DNA of 62,779 nucleotides, filler included, from Choristocarpus tenellus KU-1152 (lineage: Eukaryota; Protista; Phaeophyceae), in NCBI GenBank assembly GCA_964200185.2. It is 10 parts of 10 records of this genome, joined end to end, with 100 filler letters (N's around TTAATTAATTAA, not from the genome) between each part and the next. Parts side by side here need not be neighbours in the genome. Positions count along the whole stretch, not along the records: positions 24,547 to 27,180 come from CAXNAD020026100.1; positions 27,281 to 32,065 come from CAXNAD020013067.1; positions 32,166 to 45,163 come from CAXNAD020001618.1; 7 more parts are not named here. One strand, 5' to 3'. This document shows, in pieces, positions 26,479 through 39,050 of the stretch. Under the pieces are notes generated by a model that was not told where the DNA came from, made no database searches, and saw only the letters and a program-made list of their open reading frames with translations. A program made the translations under genes and the position numbers. Position 1 is the first letter of the stretch. Each line of letters opens with the position of its first letter.

Positions 26479-26743
26479 GAGTCAAAGTATCTTAGGGTTA
26501 GGGTAGAGCCGCGTCCGTTTGGGGGCCAAAATCCAACGTTGCGATTTTGATGTAATTTTGGCTATCGTGTTGTTAGCAGGTGTCAATATCCTTGTTCTGG
26601 GCACACCATTTCATAAGGTATACATTTTTCCTACTCCGAAACATTTAGGAGGGAAAAATGTCATATAAAACCTGTGAGAAAGCCAAGCCCCAAACGGACA
26701 AGCAGGGCAAAAATCCTACCCTAACCCTAACATACTTTCACTC
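26479..26743. mobile_element. MITE family A copy whose two TIRs both contain TTAGGGTTAGGG
   Basis: GAGTCAAAGTATCTTAGGGTTAGGGTAG ... CTACCCTAACCCTAACATACTTTCACTC; flanks CTTA/TTTA. Confidence 0.9.
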
Positions 26744-27159
26744 TTTATTGTGTGCGGTGTGGGAGGGGGTTTAGGGTAAAAACATTGTAGGAAATCCGTT
26801 ACTTTGGCTGACTGCAAAATATACTCCTTGGAAGTATTCAGCATTAGTCTACACTATGTACGCAGTGTCTGTGAAAGCATCGTCTTTCGGGCCATGTCTC
26901 CCACCCAACAAACGTTAAAGCATCACTAACATCATTCTGATCATTAAAATAATAGATATTACTGATTAGCATAAATATTTGGAGCTTTTAGTATCATTAT
27001 TCAGTATGTTTGTTACTAGAAATTCTAGTATTTTGATGTCATTATTGACAATATTATTATTTTTGATACTATGATCATTGTCATTGATAATGACACGGGT
27101 AAATATCAGAAATTGGCATTGCTCATGTGATTTTTTGTCTGCAAGCGTGAGTGGCATGG

Positions 27160-27180
27160 GGCTCAAAGTATCTGGGGGGG
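27160..27180. mobile_element. MITE family B end (contig end)
   Basis: GGCTCAAAGTATCTGGGGGGG. Confidence 0.65.
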
Positions 27181-27290
27181 NNNNNNNNNNNNNNNNNNNN
27201 NNNNNNNNNNNNNNNNNNNNNNNNTTAATTAATTAANNNNNNNNNNNNNNNNNNNNNNNNNNNNNNNNNNNNNNNNNNNNATCCATACGA

Positions 27291-27474
27291 GACCCAAAGT
27301 ATCTGGGGGGAGGGGGGGGTCTATACCAGATTGTCCATTTGGGCCAAAATCAGGAAAAGTGCATTTGCATTATTATCCATCCGACGTATGGAATCAAATG
27401 ACTCAAAAATCGCGATTTGAAGAAATTGACCCCAAATGGACAGTCGCCACCCCCCCCCCCAGATACTTTGAGCC
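27291..27474. mobile_element. MITE family B, full copy
   Basis: GACCCAAAGTATCTGGGG ... CCCAGATACTTTGAGCC. Confidence 0.85.
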
Positions 27475-29829
27475 AGAAACATGAGCGAATAGCAAAATAT
27501 TGTTATACAGACTTCAAATGCAAAACGTCCAAGACCTCAGTACCTCTCGCGTTCTTTGACTCATGAGATATGTAGCTTCTCTCCACAACAAGGCTGGATG
27601 TGGATGATAAGGTTTGTAGAGGACACCGTAGAGGAAACCTCATCAAACATGCTGGATCTCTCACTTCCATTATTCACTTCATTGGTTTCATTGGAATATA
27701 CACAAGACCGGAAAACTGTGGATGGGAAAAAGTATGGCATAGTGAACCGATTATAAATAAATAGTCGCAGTATGGACTGTATAATCTTCTTCAAGGTCGA
27801 AACTGCCCTTAAAACATGTCGTCTATCACAGATCTTCAAAACTTTGTCTGAGGGATCTACGTCGCCATCGTCGCACATTATCCACATTTGCGACTCGGTG
27901 ATGTTCGAACTCCTACATGCGAAGAACGCAACCTTACAAAGTTTATCCCTAAACAACTTGATCATGGTCTATGCCTCAGGTTGGAGTGGTAGTAGTATTA
28001 TTACTGGTGGTACACAATTCACATATAATAGCAAAAATAGTAGATTGGTTCATATCGCGCGCAGAAGACATTCGCGCGCAGAAATCCATCCATGGAATAT
28101 GCTTCCCTTAACACAATCTGTACAACTACCCCTCCTCTACTTAATATTACTGTGCCCGTTCACCACTGGCACACTTGAACACTGCCGGGCTAGCTACTCC
28201 GTTCGAGGAAAATCTAATTCAAGGAGGGAGGGATATACATGGACGGAGACGATTTCTTCACAGGCGGTGGGTCGACTGGAGGACCGTCGGAGGGGGAGGC
28301 CATCCCGGATGAGATGCCGCAGGCTGATGGACCTCCTGAGGTGAGAACTCTTCGAAACATATATCGTCCAGGTACGTGTTGTGTGCTAACTTATCATTTG
28401 TCTCCATAGATTGAAGGACAGATGCAGAGAATCCCTACCCGAAGAACAGTCCGCAAGGACAGTCTCTTTTCCAAGTTCCCAATTCTCTTTTGAGAATCCC
28501 CGAAAGACCAAAAGCGGATTGCGCGAGGGCTGAAAAAGTGAAAATATCGTGCAGGATGTCCCCATACCTGTATCATCCTTTATTAGACAATACAGAGAGA
28601 ATAAATGCCAACATAAGCTCCACTTGCCACTGCTTGAGTGACATAAGTCAAGAAATTTCGTGTTGGTGACTACTGGTTACCGTTCGCCTCCTCGCTCCTA
28701 TGCACCAATGAGTCATTATCGATTTCTTTGCCTCTAGAAGTTGGGTGCAATGCAGCCTCCACAACATCGTTTCAGAGCATCACTAAGGTCTATGCTTTAT
28801 TGTGTTGGTGAGGTATCGAACTGGTCATTTTCTGCCCGACCTACGAATTCCTCACTCACTGTTCGTCCTCTATTGTACTGAGCCTCGATTGGAAGACCTG
28901 CATTATGGATGTCAGATTGAACCTGCTGTTGCACATGCTCCCCACGCACCCGTCCAGTTATCATCTGCGCATCGTCTCAACCCTCACCGGAAGGCGTTTG
29001 TTTGACCAGTTCAGAGTAGTCGGTCTTCAGGTCCCATCTATGCTCCTTTCGTACTAGAAGATTAGAAAACGCTGATGATCTTAGACCGTTTTGCTCCGGT
29101 ACTCCCGCCCCTCTGTGTACAGGGAGGTTACACCGACCTTGGAGGGGATTATGGAGGAGGATTCGAAGGGGTAGTCGAACAGCAACAGGGCGGATTCGAT
29201 CAAGGGAGTGGATTCCAGCAGCAGGTGATAGTAAGGATTACCAGTAGGAATTGAATCCGTACGCAGCAGGGCATAAAGGACCCAGGGGGAGGTTCTTTGT
29301 GTTCCTTTTTTATGTGAAGAATTTCTATTGTGCCTGTACAAATGTGTTCATTGAAGGTAAGAAACTGTGGCCATTGGAGCCAAGAAGAGATCGCTACTAC
29401 TGTAGGGTAAAGCGATTAGGTCTGTCTGTGATCTCCCACCTTTTTTGTTGTGTCTTAACAAAGCCAGGTCACAATTTTTCTGTACTAGAGTTCCTTCTAA
29501 GTCCTGTGATTTCAATCAATGAGAATGCATCTTAAATTGTGCCAGTGAACACGGTGCTATGTATTTTTTGCAGGGGGGCGTCAGCATGTTGGATTGATCT
29601 AGTGTCTCCAAGTTTTGAACAGCCTATAGACCGTTTTGTAAGCACGGTTGTGCGGTATTGAGATTTGAATTGGGATATATACCCAAGTTGTCTTAATGCC
29701 GTCAGGTGTGAGTGTTTATTGGGGTCAGGAAAAACGGAAACTTGTAGCAACGACTGATACCCTTGTACAATGCGACTGAAGGAGGGAAAAGGGAGAGTGA
29801 AGTAAATTTTCTTACCAAGAGTACTTCGA

Positions 29830-30125
29830 AGGTTAGCCTCACGTGGTTCCCCATTGCTGAACGTGATTACACGGTTGAAAAGAAGAGTGACCTTGTGAGG
29901 CATCTTCTTATTGCTTGTTTCTTTATTATTGTTTTTTTCAGAACAGTTTAACTGCAGTACCGAACTCTGTAGATAATTCAGACGTACTATCTCATCAGTG
30001 ACATCACTTGGACTCAATTCAACGCAAGGATCTCATACACACAAAATAGGGTACACCTTACTTCGATGCAAGAATCTCGCATACAAAAAATAGGGTGCAC
30101 CTTTGCTATTGTCCTATTTTGCAGA
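29830..30125 (+). repeat. Dispersed repeat of about 300 bp, family D (solo-LTR-like)
   Basis: GCCTCAC..GGTTCCCCATTGCTGAACGTGATTAC..GGTTGAAA core and CTATTGTCCTATTTTGCA end shared with 39375-39480(-), 40075-40200(-), 52570-52881, 53376-53710(-) and 55728-56097. Confidence 0.7.
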
Positions 30126-30308
30126 GTTGCTTGTATCATCATGTTCACCCTTCTACATAGGTGCTGATGGCTATGGCACGGTTGATACCAAATCGTTGAC
30201 TAGCTGAGCTGCTGCCACTGTGCTCCACTATTTTGTCATTCCTAAGACAACAGTATTCTGTTTCTCAGTTCATAAAATTGTCCAAAAGAAGTTCTGGTGC
30301 ATAAACAA

Positions 30309-30339
<31 letters not shown>

Positions 30340-31043
30340 CTTTTGTAGAGATTGTTTGGCGCTTGTTACGTTCTTGTGTCCGTCCCTGTCTCCTTTTTTT
30401 TTTACGTCACCTGTAGAGCTTCGGATGACCCTTTTTTTTTTCTTACTAATAAGACAAGATGGTGTTTCGTTGCCACGATTGTGTGCACGTTTTGCTTTTT
30501 TTTTGTTTTGTTGATGTAGGGTTACAGGGTTTTAGGGATACAGGGTTACTACCCCCTTCCCCCAGAACGATCAGAGGGGGGAAACAAGAAAACAAAAAAA
30601 AACGGGGAGATGTTGAACATTTTTTATTAATTAATTAATTATTTATTTATTCGTGTGTACGTGTGTACTATTACTCTCATCTCAAAGCGAGAATAGTTCT
30701 GAAAAAAAACAAACGTGCACGTCAATGTGTAGTTTTGTGATTTTTTTTTAGTTGGTGTGTTGCGTTGAGAAATTGGTGGGACGACTCCGAAGTGCTGCTG
30801 CCGCTGCTGTTGCTGCTGCTATGTGAATGAACAAAAAACAGTGGTAAACAATGGTAAGTGTGTGGTGTCTTCTCACGTGTCAATGCATTGGCGTGACCCT
30901 GTGCAGAGCACGAGGGCATCGATTCAAAACTTGTTCCCAAAAAACGATCTTTCCCGTGCGCCCATTCATTTTGTTTTTGTTTTATGTCCCAAACTTACCG
31001 TTTCAAACTGGTTGATCTCGTGGTTTTTAACGTGTGCTTGCAG

Positions 31044-31813
31044 GCGTACACCTCCCTGGGTGACCACCCGCAAGATATGGGTATCATGCCGCCTCCGGAG
31101 GACAATTCTTCGAACCCGCATGAGTGAGCTTTGCCCTAACCCTAAAACACCCATACACACACATACACATACACATATTTGGATCATACATTTTATTATT
31201 ATTATTATTATCTCACGTACGTAAATGTATTAGAGAGATTTAGAGTAGGACTAGGAGTGGGAGGAATATTTTATTTTTGTTTATAAATATTGTTGTGTGT
31301 GTGTGTTCTTTTTTGGAGTAGGGTTGGTGTTCTTGGGACAACCTCTGTATGCAATTGCACCATCGTGTATACTGGCTATAATTAATGCAATAATAGTATG
31401 GGTTGATTGCTCTATTAGAGCCGGTTCTTTTTCGGCTCCGTGTGCAACAAGAAGTAAGACCAAGTCATGAGGTACGATTTTATTTATTTCTATTTTTTTA
31501 AGCATAAAATATATATATATATTTTTTCAACAGATCGATGAAAAGATTACAAAGAGCCCTTGTTTTTAAAATATACATTCTCGACGTTTTTTAATTTTAT
31601 TTTTCCTCTGTGTGTGTGTGTGTGTTTTGTTTGATATGTGCCCTCAGGGAGTTCATGCGAGGCTGGGAGGCGACCCTCAGGGAAAAGGCTTTGTTGGAAG
31701 TGGCGGCTAGAGAAGCTGCCCTCGAGGCTGCGAAGGCGGAAATGGAGACCCATGCCGTAGAGAGGAACTCCATGAAGGAGGCAAGGATGAGCCTCAATCG
31801 GGAGATGGAGCAG
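31044..31813 (+). CDS. Probable clathrin light chain, partial (two exons)
   Basis: Exons 31044-31123 and 31648-31813 splice in phase to ...MPPPEDNSSNPHEEFMRGWEATLREKALLEVAAREAALEAAKAEMETHAVERNSMKEARMSLNREMEQ. This matches the light-chain helical core (W....L.EK...E...A...+..ER......NRE.E) after an acidic/Pro-rich segment. Confidence 0.6.
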
Positions 31814-32165
31814 GTACATCTCGAACTTTGCATTTTAGTGTGTGCGGATTGTACGTGTGAGGGCGATTTGTAGTGCAGAGGGCAAAGGTGAGTCTTGGAT
31901 CTTGACACGGGGGGGGAGGATCGATTCATTCATTGATTGCACTGTCGGGTTGTGGTGGGTGTGTGTGTTGAGGATTGATTTGATTTTTGAAACGAGGGTA
32001 GGGTTGTTTTTTTTTGGGGGGGGGGGGGGGGGGGGTAAAAAAGGACTTTTTTTTTTTTTTTTATANNNNNNNNNNNNNNNNNNNNNNNNNNNNNNNNNNN
32101 NNNNNNNNNTTAATTAATTAANNNNNNNNNNNNNNNNNNNNNNNNNNNNNNNNNNNNNNNNNNNN

Positions 32166-32408
32166 CCCCCCCTCCCAGATACTTTGGGTCCCTTGTTTGT
32201 CCATTTGGGGCTTGAATTGTTTTTTTATGACATTTGTCCTATTTCGAAATGTTTCGGAGTAGGATAAATGTATGTCATTAAAAGGTGTGTCCAGAATAAG
32301 GATATTGATACTTCCTAACAAACTCAATAGCCAAAAATACATCAAAATCACAACATTGGATTTTGCCCCCAAACGGACGCGGATCTACCCTCTAAGACAC
32401 TTTGACTA
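32166..32408. mobile_element. Nested MITEs: family B end (32166-32190) joined directly to the remainder of a family A copy (32191-32408)
   Basis: CAGATACTTTGGGTC|CCTTGTTTGTCCATTTGGGGCTTG...TACCCTCTAAGACACTTTGACT. Confidence 0.75.
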
Positions 32409-32859
32409 TTCAGATTGAACCCTTCACTGCTAATCCCATTCCTTGAATACCTACATTTCCCATACCACTAATGCTTGGACCCTGCAGTAGCACTCTGCTC
32501 TCTGTTTGCTGTACTGTTGCTGTGTCGTATCTGTGCTTCAGCAGAACGTGTGGAGAGGATGATCTCTCTTTATCTCTGGGGTGTCTCCCTTGCAATGATA
32601 TCCCTGTGTGTGCTTGAATCCTGTACCTTCCGTTATAAGCACTTCATTACACTTTCTCTCCAGCATTCAACCCCTCAACATAAATACACATGCTTGGACG
32701 AACATGTTACGACAATCCTGTAGAGTAATCCTGTGACTCACTTGCAACAACCATAATGGAGTGCTGCCGACCTTCCATGACCAGGGTGGGGCAGCGGTTA
32801 CCTCTCACACGCACAGAGCTGTGCGTGGGTAATGGAGGGAGCAGTGTAGGAAGAAAAAA

Positions 32860-33117
32860 GAGTAAAATTATCTTAGAGGGTAGAGACGCGTCCATTTGGG
32901 GGGCCATAATCCAAGGTTCCGATTTTGATGTAGTTTTGACCATCGTGTTTGCTAGGAAGTGTCAATATCCTTGTTCCGGACACTTTCCATAACGTACACA
33001 TTTTACCTACCACGAAACATTTTGGAGTAGGTAGAATTTCACTAAAACCTCACGGGAAGCTAAGCCCCAAATGAACAAAATGGGAAAAAACTCGTACCCT
33101 CTAAAATACTTTCACTC
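32860..33117. mobile_element. MITE family A, full copy
   Basis: Both TIRs, 258 bp, flanks AAAA/AAAG. Confidence 0.9.
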
Positions 33118-33464
33118 AAAGACGAGGGGAAGCTCCACTAGTGAACAACCGCTGTGCTCCAGCAGCACCTCCAGGATGAAAGGTGCAGCAGGGTCGTGTG
33201 CCAGGCTAAGCCTGCGCAGGGTGGGCTGTGTTTGGGGGGGGTTATATCCTGCCAGTGCAGGACCAATGAGTTAGGTCAACACATATTGTTACAGGGTGGA
33301 AGTCTCGGTAGGACCTCCATGTTACAGTGTGCCCCTCAGAACTCACCTCCACAGGATGTACAACTCAAATCCAACGACCACAAAATGACGCTATGGGAAT
33401 GTTGCCCTTGATAACAGTTTGTAGGGTGTCAAGTGCCCTTCTCTTCTTCACATTCCACTCAGTG

Positions 33465-33860
33465 CTTAGCTCAACGCTCAACTCAAAGTTTCGTTCAAGA
33501 TAAAGAGTAAGGGCTGGAGGTAAGAGGGGAGATGACTTGACCAAAAGCCCTCTTATTATTTTCATCGTCCACCCAATTTCTTTTGTCTTCTATGCAACTG
33601 CTCTACACGTACTCCAATCATAAACCTTCATTCTGCAACTTCTTAGGGACTTTGACAAATGTTACGTATGCATGCCGAACCTTACTATGTATCTTCTATG
33701 AAATAATTTATTCTGTAAGGCTACCTATGTCTTACTAATATCGTATATTGTTCGCAATTGATAGAACGCGAGAAACAATACTCGCACTATACGTCTGTCA
33801 CAAATGTTCCTGTTTGCTAAGAAATGGGAAGAAATGCTCGCGCTAATCGCCTGTAACAAT
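33465..33860 (+). repeat. Repeat of about 400 bp with an inverted copy at 44770-45163
   Basis: TTGACCAAAAGCCCTCTTATTATTTTCATC...CTTCTATGCAACTGCTCTA...TAAGGCTACCTA is present as the reverse complement near 45163. Confidence 0.8.
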
Positions 33861-34055
33861 ACGTGTTTGTAACTGTGGGTTCGGTGCATAATAAGCTCGA
33901 CCTTCAAGGTGGTTGACACAGAATTCTAAACTAAAGACCACAGATCAAGGCTACGAATGTCCTTGAATGCCAATGGTTTATTTTGGGAAGCAATTCCTGC
34001 ACAAAAATAAATAATGAACATAGTATATATACCAGGTATAATGAAAGGTGCCGTA

Positions 34056-34127
34056 GCTCCTATAGCTCAGTGGTAGAGCGTCAGCTTAGTAAGCTGCAGG
34101 TCCTAAGTTCGACTCTCAGTAGGAGCT
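34056..34127 (+). tRNA. tRNA-Thr(AGT), with two stem mismatches
   Basis: Acceptor GCTCCTA/TAGGAGC, D arm GCTC-AGTGGTA-GAGC, anticodon loop TTAGTAA (AGT at 34088-34090), T loop TTCGACT, followed by a T-run. T:C mismatch in the anticodon stem and A:C mismatch in the T stem. Confidence 0.85.
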
Positions 34128-34375
34128 TTTATTAATTTTCTTAGTCCTTGTGTTGTAGCTTATCGACTGGTACCTGCACTTGCTTCAGTTTTTGGTTGAA
34201 ACCCGATCGATGCCAGATTTGATTTTATGGAAATCTATTTTCGATTTCAAAAGTTAACGTCGCAAGCACTATGGAATACATCTCTGTACTGTCGTATCTG
34301 TTGATACACAGTGCAATATACCACAAGAACGCCAGATGAAGGAGGTGACAAGGAAGGCTTAGTTTGTGAGTAGTC

Positions 34376-34448
34376 CTCGTTGTGGCTCGATGATTAAGGT
34401 GTCTGCTACCCACATAAAAATTGCCAGGTTTGAACCTCTTCGACGCCA
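34376..34448 (+). pseudogene. Degenerate tRNA or tRNA-derived SINE head
   Basis: A-box-like TGGCTCGATGA, B-box-like GGTTTGAACC and partial acceptor pairing CGTTG/CGACG; anticodon arm does not fold. Confidence 0.45.
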
Positions 34449-35535
34449 GACTCCATTTCACGGAAATAATGTAGTTTCGATGCTATTATTCTCAAGACCC
34501 GAGTTAGCTGCTATAGAGTTCATAGCAGCAGTTAGTATGGTAAGTAGTATTGTATATATTATAGTGGGTCTGGACACAGGAGGAGGTGAGGATAGTCCCA
34601 ACACAAAGATGAAATTATTGTAAAACTAATGACGGTGGTAATGACGATGAAAATAAGATATATAGTTATGATACTAAGAATAAAGTAATTCTTAACCAGC
34701 ATACACACTCTCCAACATAATAATCCATGCAAACGTATGCCTGCATTCTATAATAATAATGGAATTGATGAATGAATGAAATATCCTTCTCAGGCACTCA
34801 CTCCAAATTTGGCAAGTACAGGTCGCAGGAGATCGCAATCATCAACTGCGTCACATGTTTTCTACACGCCTGTAGGACACAAGAATGGAGGTATGTACAG
34901 AGTATACATCACTCCGGGTGGACGACTTGGAGGGCACGTATACTGTACATCGTGTTGGTAGTAGTGTTGAGTATCACATCTCGAACCACACAGTTCCTCA
35001 TCATCGAGAATGTTCTCCCATTATTCCAGGTATTTTCCCAACTGTCGTGTAACAATTATCAAAAGTAGTTTGTTGATGTGTCACGAGTAAGATCACACTA
35101 TTATGCGTCGTTTATCTGTATTTCGATATTGTGAATATATTTAATTTTTCATCGAAAAAAGGTAGCTTAACGTTTTCACCCCCGTTTCGTTTTCCTTTTT
35201 CCCATTTTTGGGCATTTAATTTCAAAAATTGAGGATGGAGCTTTTCATTGAGGATGGGCTTGACCCAAAATGGGGAGAAAGTGTTGATATGTTTTTTTTG
35301 TATTATTAATCATTGTTATTTCGAAACTGAAAATCGTGACACGTGGGAATTATACGGCAATTTTGAGGCATTTCTGAACGACCGAAATCCGAACGGAGGG
35401 CGGATTAGACCATTCTTGACCAATTTTCAAGGCAAATCTGACAGAATTCTTGGTGTTTCGATTTCACCTTTGTTGTTCATAGGATACTAGTTAAGGCTAC
35501 AGAGTTATTACCTCTAACAACACATCTGGTTCAAG

Positions 35536-37223
35536 ATGGACAAAATGGATGAAGAGAGTGAGAGAGATCGAATGTCATTGTCCTCAAATTCATCACCCTC
35601 GGGTTCATCGCCTTCCAGTTCGTCGTCTTCTAGTTCATCGTCTTTCGATGAATCTACCTTTAGGTCGGAGGCAAGATTTAGCAGATGATAAACGCAAAAT
35701 GGGATATTGCTCATCTGCGCTTTGATGGACACGGAGGATGAGAAGGAAGAATGTCCATTATTTCGCAGGTTTGGCATCCCCCAAGAACAGCCCATTTATA
35801 TGGCGAGCTTGTGGGGGGTTATGCTCGGGAGAGAGGTAGCTCTGAGAAACGTCATTTCGTGGGAGGCGCTGAAGTTTAGGAGGCGGTTCCGGGTTCCGTT
35901 TGTTTTCTTTGAAGATTTAGCGAAGGAGGTAGAAGGGCAGGGGTGGCTTGGTTGTCGAATCGCAGATGGAACCGAGCGCCCTGGCATACCAGTTAACCTG
36001 AAGGTGAGCATACCCGCCAGTAGAGTTTGTGTGTGAAAGGGCTACCTCAATAGGGCTCGTAGATTCAACCGTCCTTTGGTCTGACAGTACTGGATGTGAC
36101 TTGCTGCCTGTAGGTGCTATCGGTTCTCCAAATCCTTGTCAGGGGAAAATGCTTTGATGATATCGAGCAACTTTCCGGTATATCTGAGAGGATAGCACAA
36201 ACCATGATTCACCGCTTCTGTGAGTGTTTTGTGCATGATATGTACTCTCTAAGTGGATTTATCTACCAGAGGGGGAAGATTTGGAGGAGATCATGCTCTT
36301 GTATGGAACTGTGGGATTTACTGGTGCTGTGGGTTCCACTGTTGTGACACATGTGCGGTGGGAGAGGGCGCCCATTATGATGTCCCGTATTACATCGGTA
36401 AGGAGGGTTACGCGACGGTCGCCTATGAAGTGACCATTGACCATACTGGATTTGCACGGGGAGTGACTGCCGGGTTTCCGGGAGTCAAAAACGATAAGAC
36501 AATAATTCGATATGATGGTGCTATTCAGAAACTTAGGGATGACCCCACATAGAGACAGCTGGAGTGCAACGTCAAGGACTCCGACGGGAACTATTACACC
36601 GAGAAAGGGGCATATGTCCTTGTCGATGGGGGCTACCACAAGGTGACAGGAAAATACGTGACTGTACGGCCATGCCTATGCTATTTATGCTCGTGTGAAA
36701 ATGAATGCTCATCAAACTAGCAAGTCAACATTCCTTTGCCCAACCCGACCTTTGCATTTGCAGTGGAGGTGCACAATATGCCACCTGAGGCCATCTGTCA
36801 CACAGGCACAGGCAAGGTGGAGCAAACGAGTGGAGATTGTACGCAAGGATGTCGAGTGCTTTTTTGGCATAGTCAGGGGCCACTTCAGAATCCTCAAGCT
36901 GTCACTATTATATTCGGACAGGAAGAAGATAGGTAACATATTTTTCGCTTGTTTGCATATTGCAAAATATGCTTCATTCATATGATGGCCTTGGAGAGTT
37001 GGAGGGCAACACTGATTGGACAGGGGATGCTGGTCTGCATGATGCCTTCTACAGTGACCCTTACACTGATTTCAAGCAGATGGGCATGCCAAGGGACCAG
37101 GCGAAAGGGAGATCTGAAGAGTATGTGGAGAGGGAGATGGGATTTGATGAGCTTAGGAAGAAGCTCATAGCACACTACAAGTACAAGGAAGAAAACAGAG
37201 AGGTTGTTTGGATGAGGTCCTGA
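35536..37223 (+). pseudogene. PIF/Harbinger (HARBI1-like) DDE transposase, two introns, disrupted
   Basis: Exons about 35536-36003, 36114-36642 and 36764-37223. Motifs FRRRFRVPFVFFEDL; GFTGAVGSTVVTHVRW (first catalytic D replaced by V); YIGKEGYATVAYEV; GVKNDKTIIRYD; YVLVDGGYHK|WR; RKDVECFFGIV.G.FRILK; QNML. Stops and frameshifts present. Confidence 0.88.
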
Positions 37224-37919
37224 TGGTGGAATCTTGCTTGTCAAACAGTGGTTTGCATTTTGTACTATTGACATGTCATGTGATAGGTAACGGTACAATT
37301 GGTATTGTACTTTTGTGAAATACAAAAAAGAAGAGGTAGGAAGAAGTAATACAAGACAAAGAGTCATTTGTCAGTACAATATAGAGAGTGATTGAGAGTC
37401 AAGAGTCAAAAGGAAGAATTAATTGCCACTGGTTGCTGACAATGTCGCTAGGTAAAGATTGTCCTCATGGACAAGAGCAGCTCACTTCGTTCTGAGCAGT
37501 GGATCATATTATACCCTAACCAACCTTCTGAAGAGCCCTGGGATCACCGTCGTTACTTTAACATTGCTCGAGGTCATGATACAAGGTCAGGGTTGACAGC
37601 TTTGTTTGGTTAGTGCATCAGAAGCTCAAGATAAAAGCATCTGACACAAAAATAAATCCCATTAAATAACAAATTACCTCAAATTCAAATGAAGATTTGC
37701 CAATACCGTCCAGTATGATGATGGTACACCTATGTGCTCGGCAGCGCTGTAAAAGACTGCAGAGCACTACAATGACAGCTGTGTTGTCACAACTGATTCC
37801 CCAAGTCTATCCCCCCACTACTGCTGCCTGTCCCCAAAGCCTACAAGTCAACCCCCCCTTCACCACTGTCCCACCACTTCCCAACATCATCGAAGCATCA
37901 CCGATATTCTGACCCAGCC

Positions 37920-39050
37920 TCACTGCCACCAGTTGCTCATACCGTTTCCTACAGAACTCTGCCTTATATCTAAATGTCTCCTCATGTCTCTAGCAGCATC
38001 ATCCAATGTGTATATGAGGGTACCAATAATGTGGTTGTCCAGCCTAATTTTTTTCCTCGACTCTGATTCCAACTTCAAGTCCTCCTCAGCAGCCTCCCTA
38101 ACTGCTGTCGGCTCCTTGATCCTGGGTTTGCTGCTAGCCCGGACCTCTTCATTTTTTCCACACCCTCCATTGAAAGAGGACTCCACCGACCCGCCATCCT
38201 TGCTTAAGTCACATGAGGATGTGGACCTTCTTGTGGGGGTCCCTTACTCACACTTATGTCAAAATCTTGGAGCACATCATTGGACGGGGGTCCATACCCT
38301 GCAAACAGGAGAAGATATGGAGGGATCCAACCATCTGATATTTTTTGGGGGGGAGGGGAATAGAAGAAAACTGGGGCAAAGGTCTCCCCCCTGATCCAAG
38401 AGAGGGTAGTTTGTCGCTGGGCCTTTCTGGGGTGGTGCTGGCAGGACTGGGCGTGGGACCTCCTGAATCAGACCCCACCACTTCAGCCTCAGACGATGCT
38501 GGAGATTCGCCTTCGTCCTCCCCCCCCCTCAACAAGGTCAATGGTACTCTCAGTAGTCCTTGATTTCTCCTGTTCCTCCCACAACCGCTCGCACAGCTTC
38601 TGCAGGCAGTCCGTCTCCTGCTCCCCAGACCGCAACTTTCCCCAGGGAATAACACTGGGAAGCACGAAAAGTGTTGGATGTGTGTACGTTAAGATAAACC
38701 CCATTGAGCGTTGCGATTATGGATTTCAGGTGTGTAACCTACGAAAGTGAAATGCAATACAGCACGACAGCAGGAGCTCAAGCAACATCTAACATCATAC
38801 TCACATCAGCCAGAGGGGGGTGTACACGTTGGTGACAATCTTCTGTGCCTTGGTCCACCTGGACCGTATTGAAGTGTTCACACTTCGGAATGTCTTCGGA
38901 ATGGTCTTTTTCCTGGTTCTTAATGTTGCCTGCACCAACTCTTCCTTCGTAAGAGTCGGGGGGGTCAAGTCTGGGGCTTCCTAACCACTTCAAGAATCCA
39001 GGGGCCGCCACATCTATGTTTGCTTGCGTTTCCGAGGCATGCCTCGCATT
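37920..39050 (-). pseudogene. Harbinger second gene (Myb/SANT-like accessory protein), disrupted
   Basis: SIRSRWTKAQKIVTNVYTPLWL|intron|...KLRSGEQETDCLQKLCERLWEE, then a Ser/acidic tract and a charged helical C-terminus; convergent with the transposase, as is typical for Harbinger ORF2. Confidence 0.55.

Larger units (their letters stand above)
35219..39050. mobile_element. Decayed autonomous-type PIF/Harbinger DNA transposon with two convergent genes
   Basis: TIR-family sequence at 35219-35270, DDE transposase on plus, second ORF on minus; right TIR not found. Confidence 0.8.

Noticed and set aside
27556-29340. ORFs of up to 190 aa
   Set aside because: No motif, splice consistency or repeat evidence I could support
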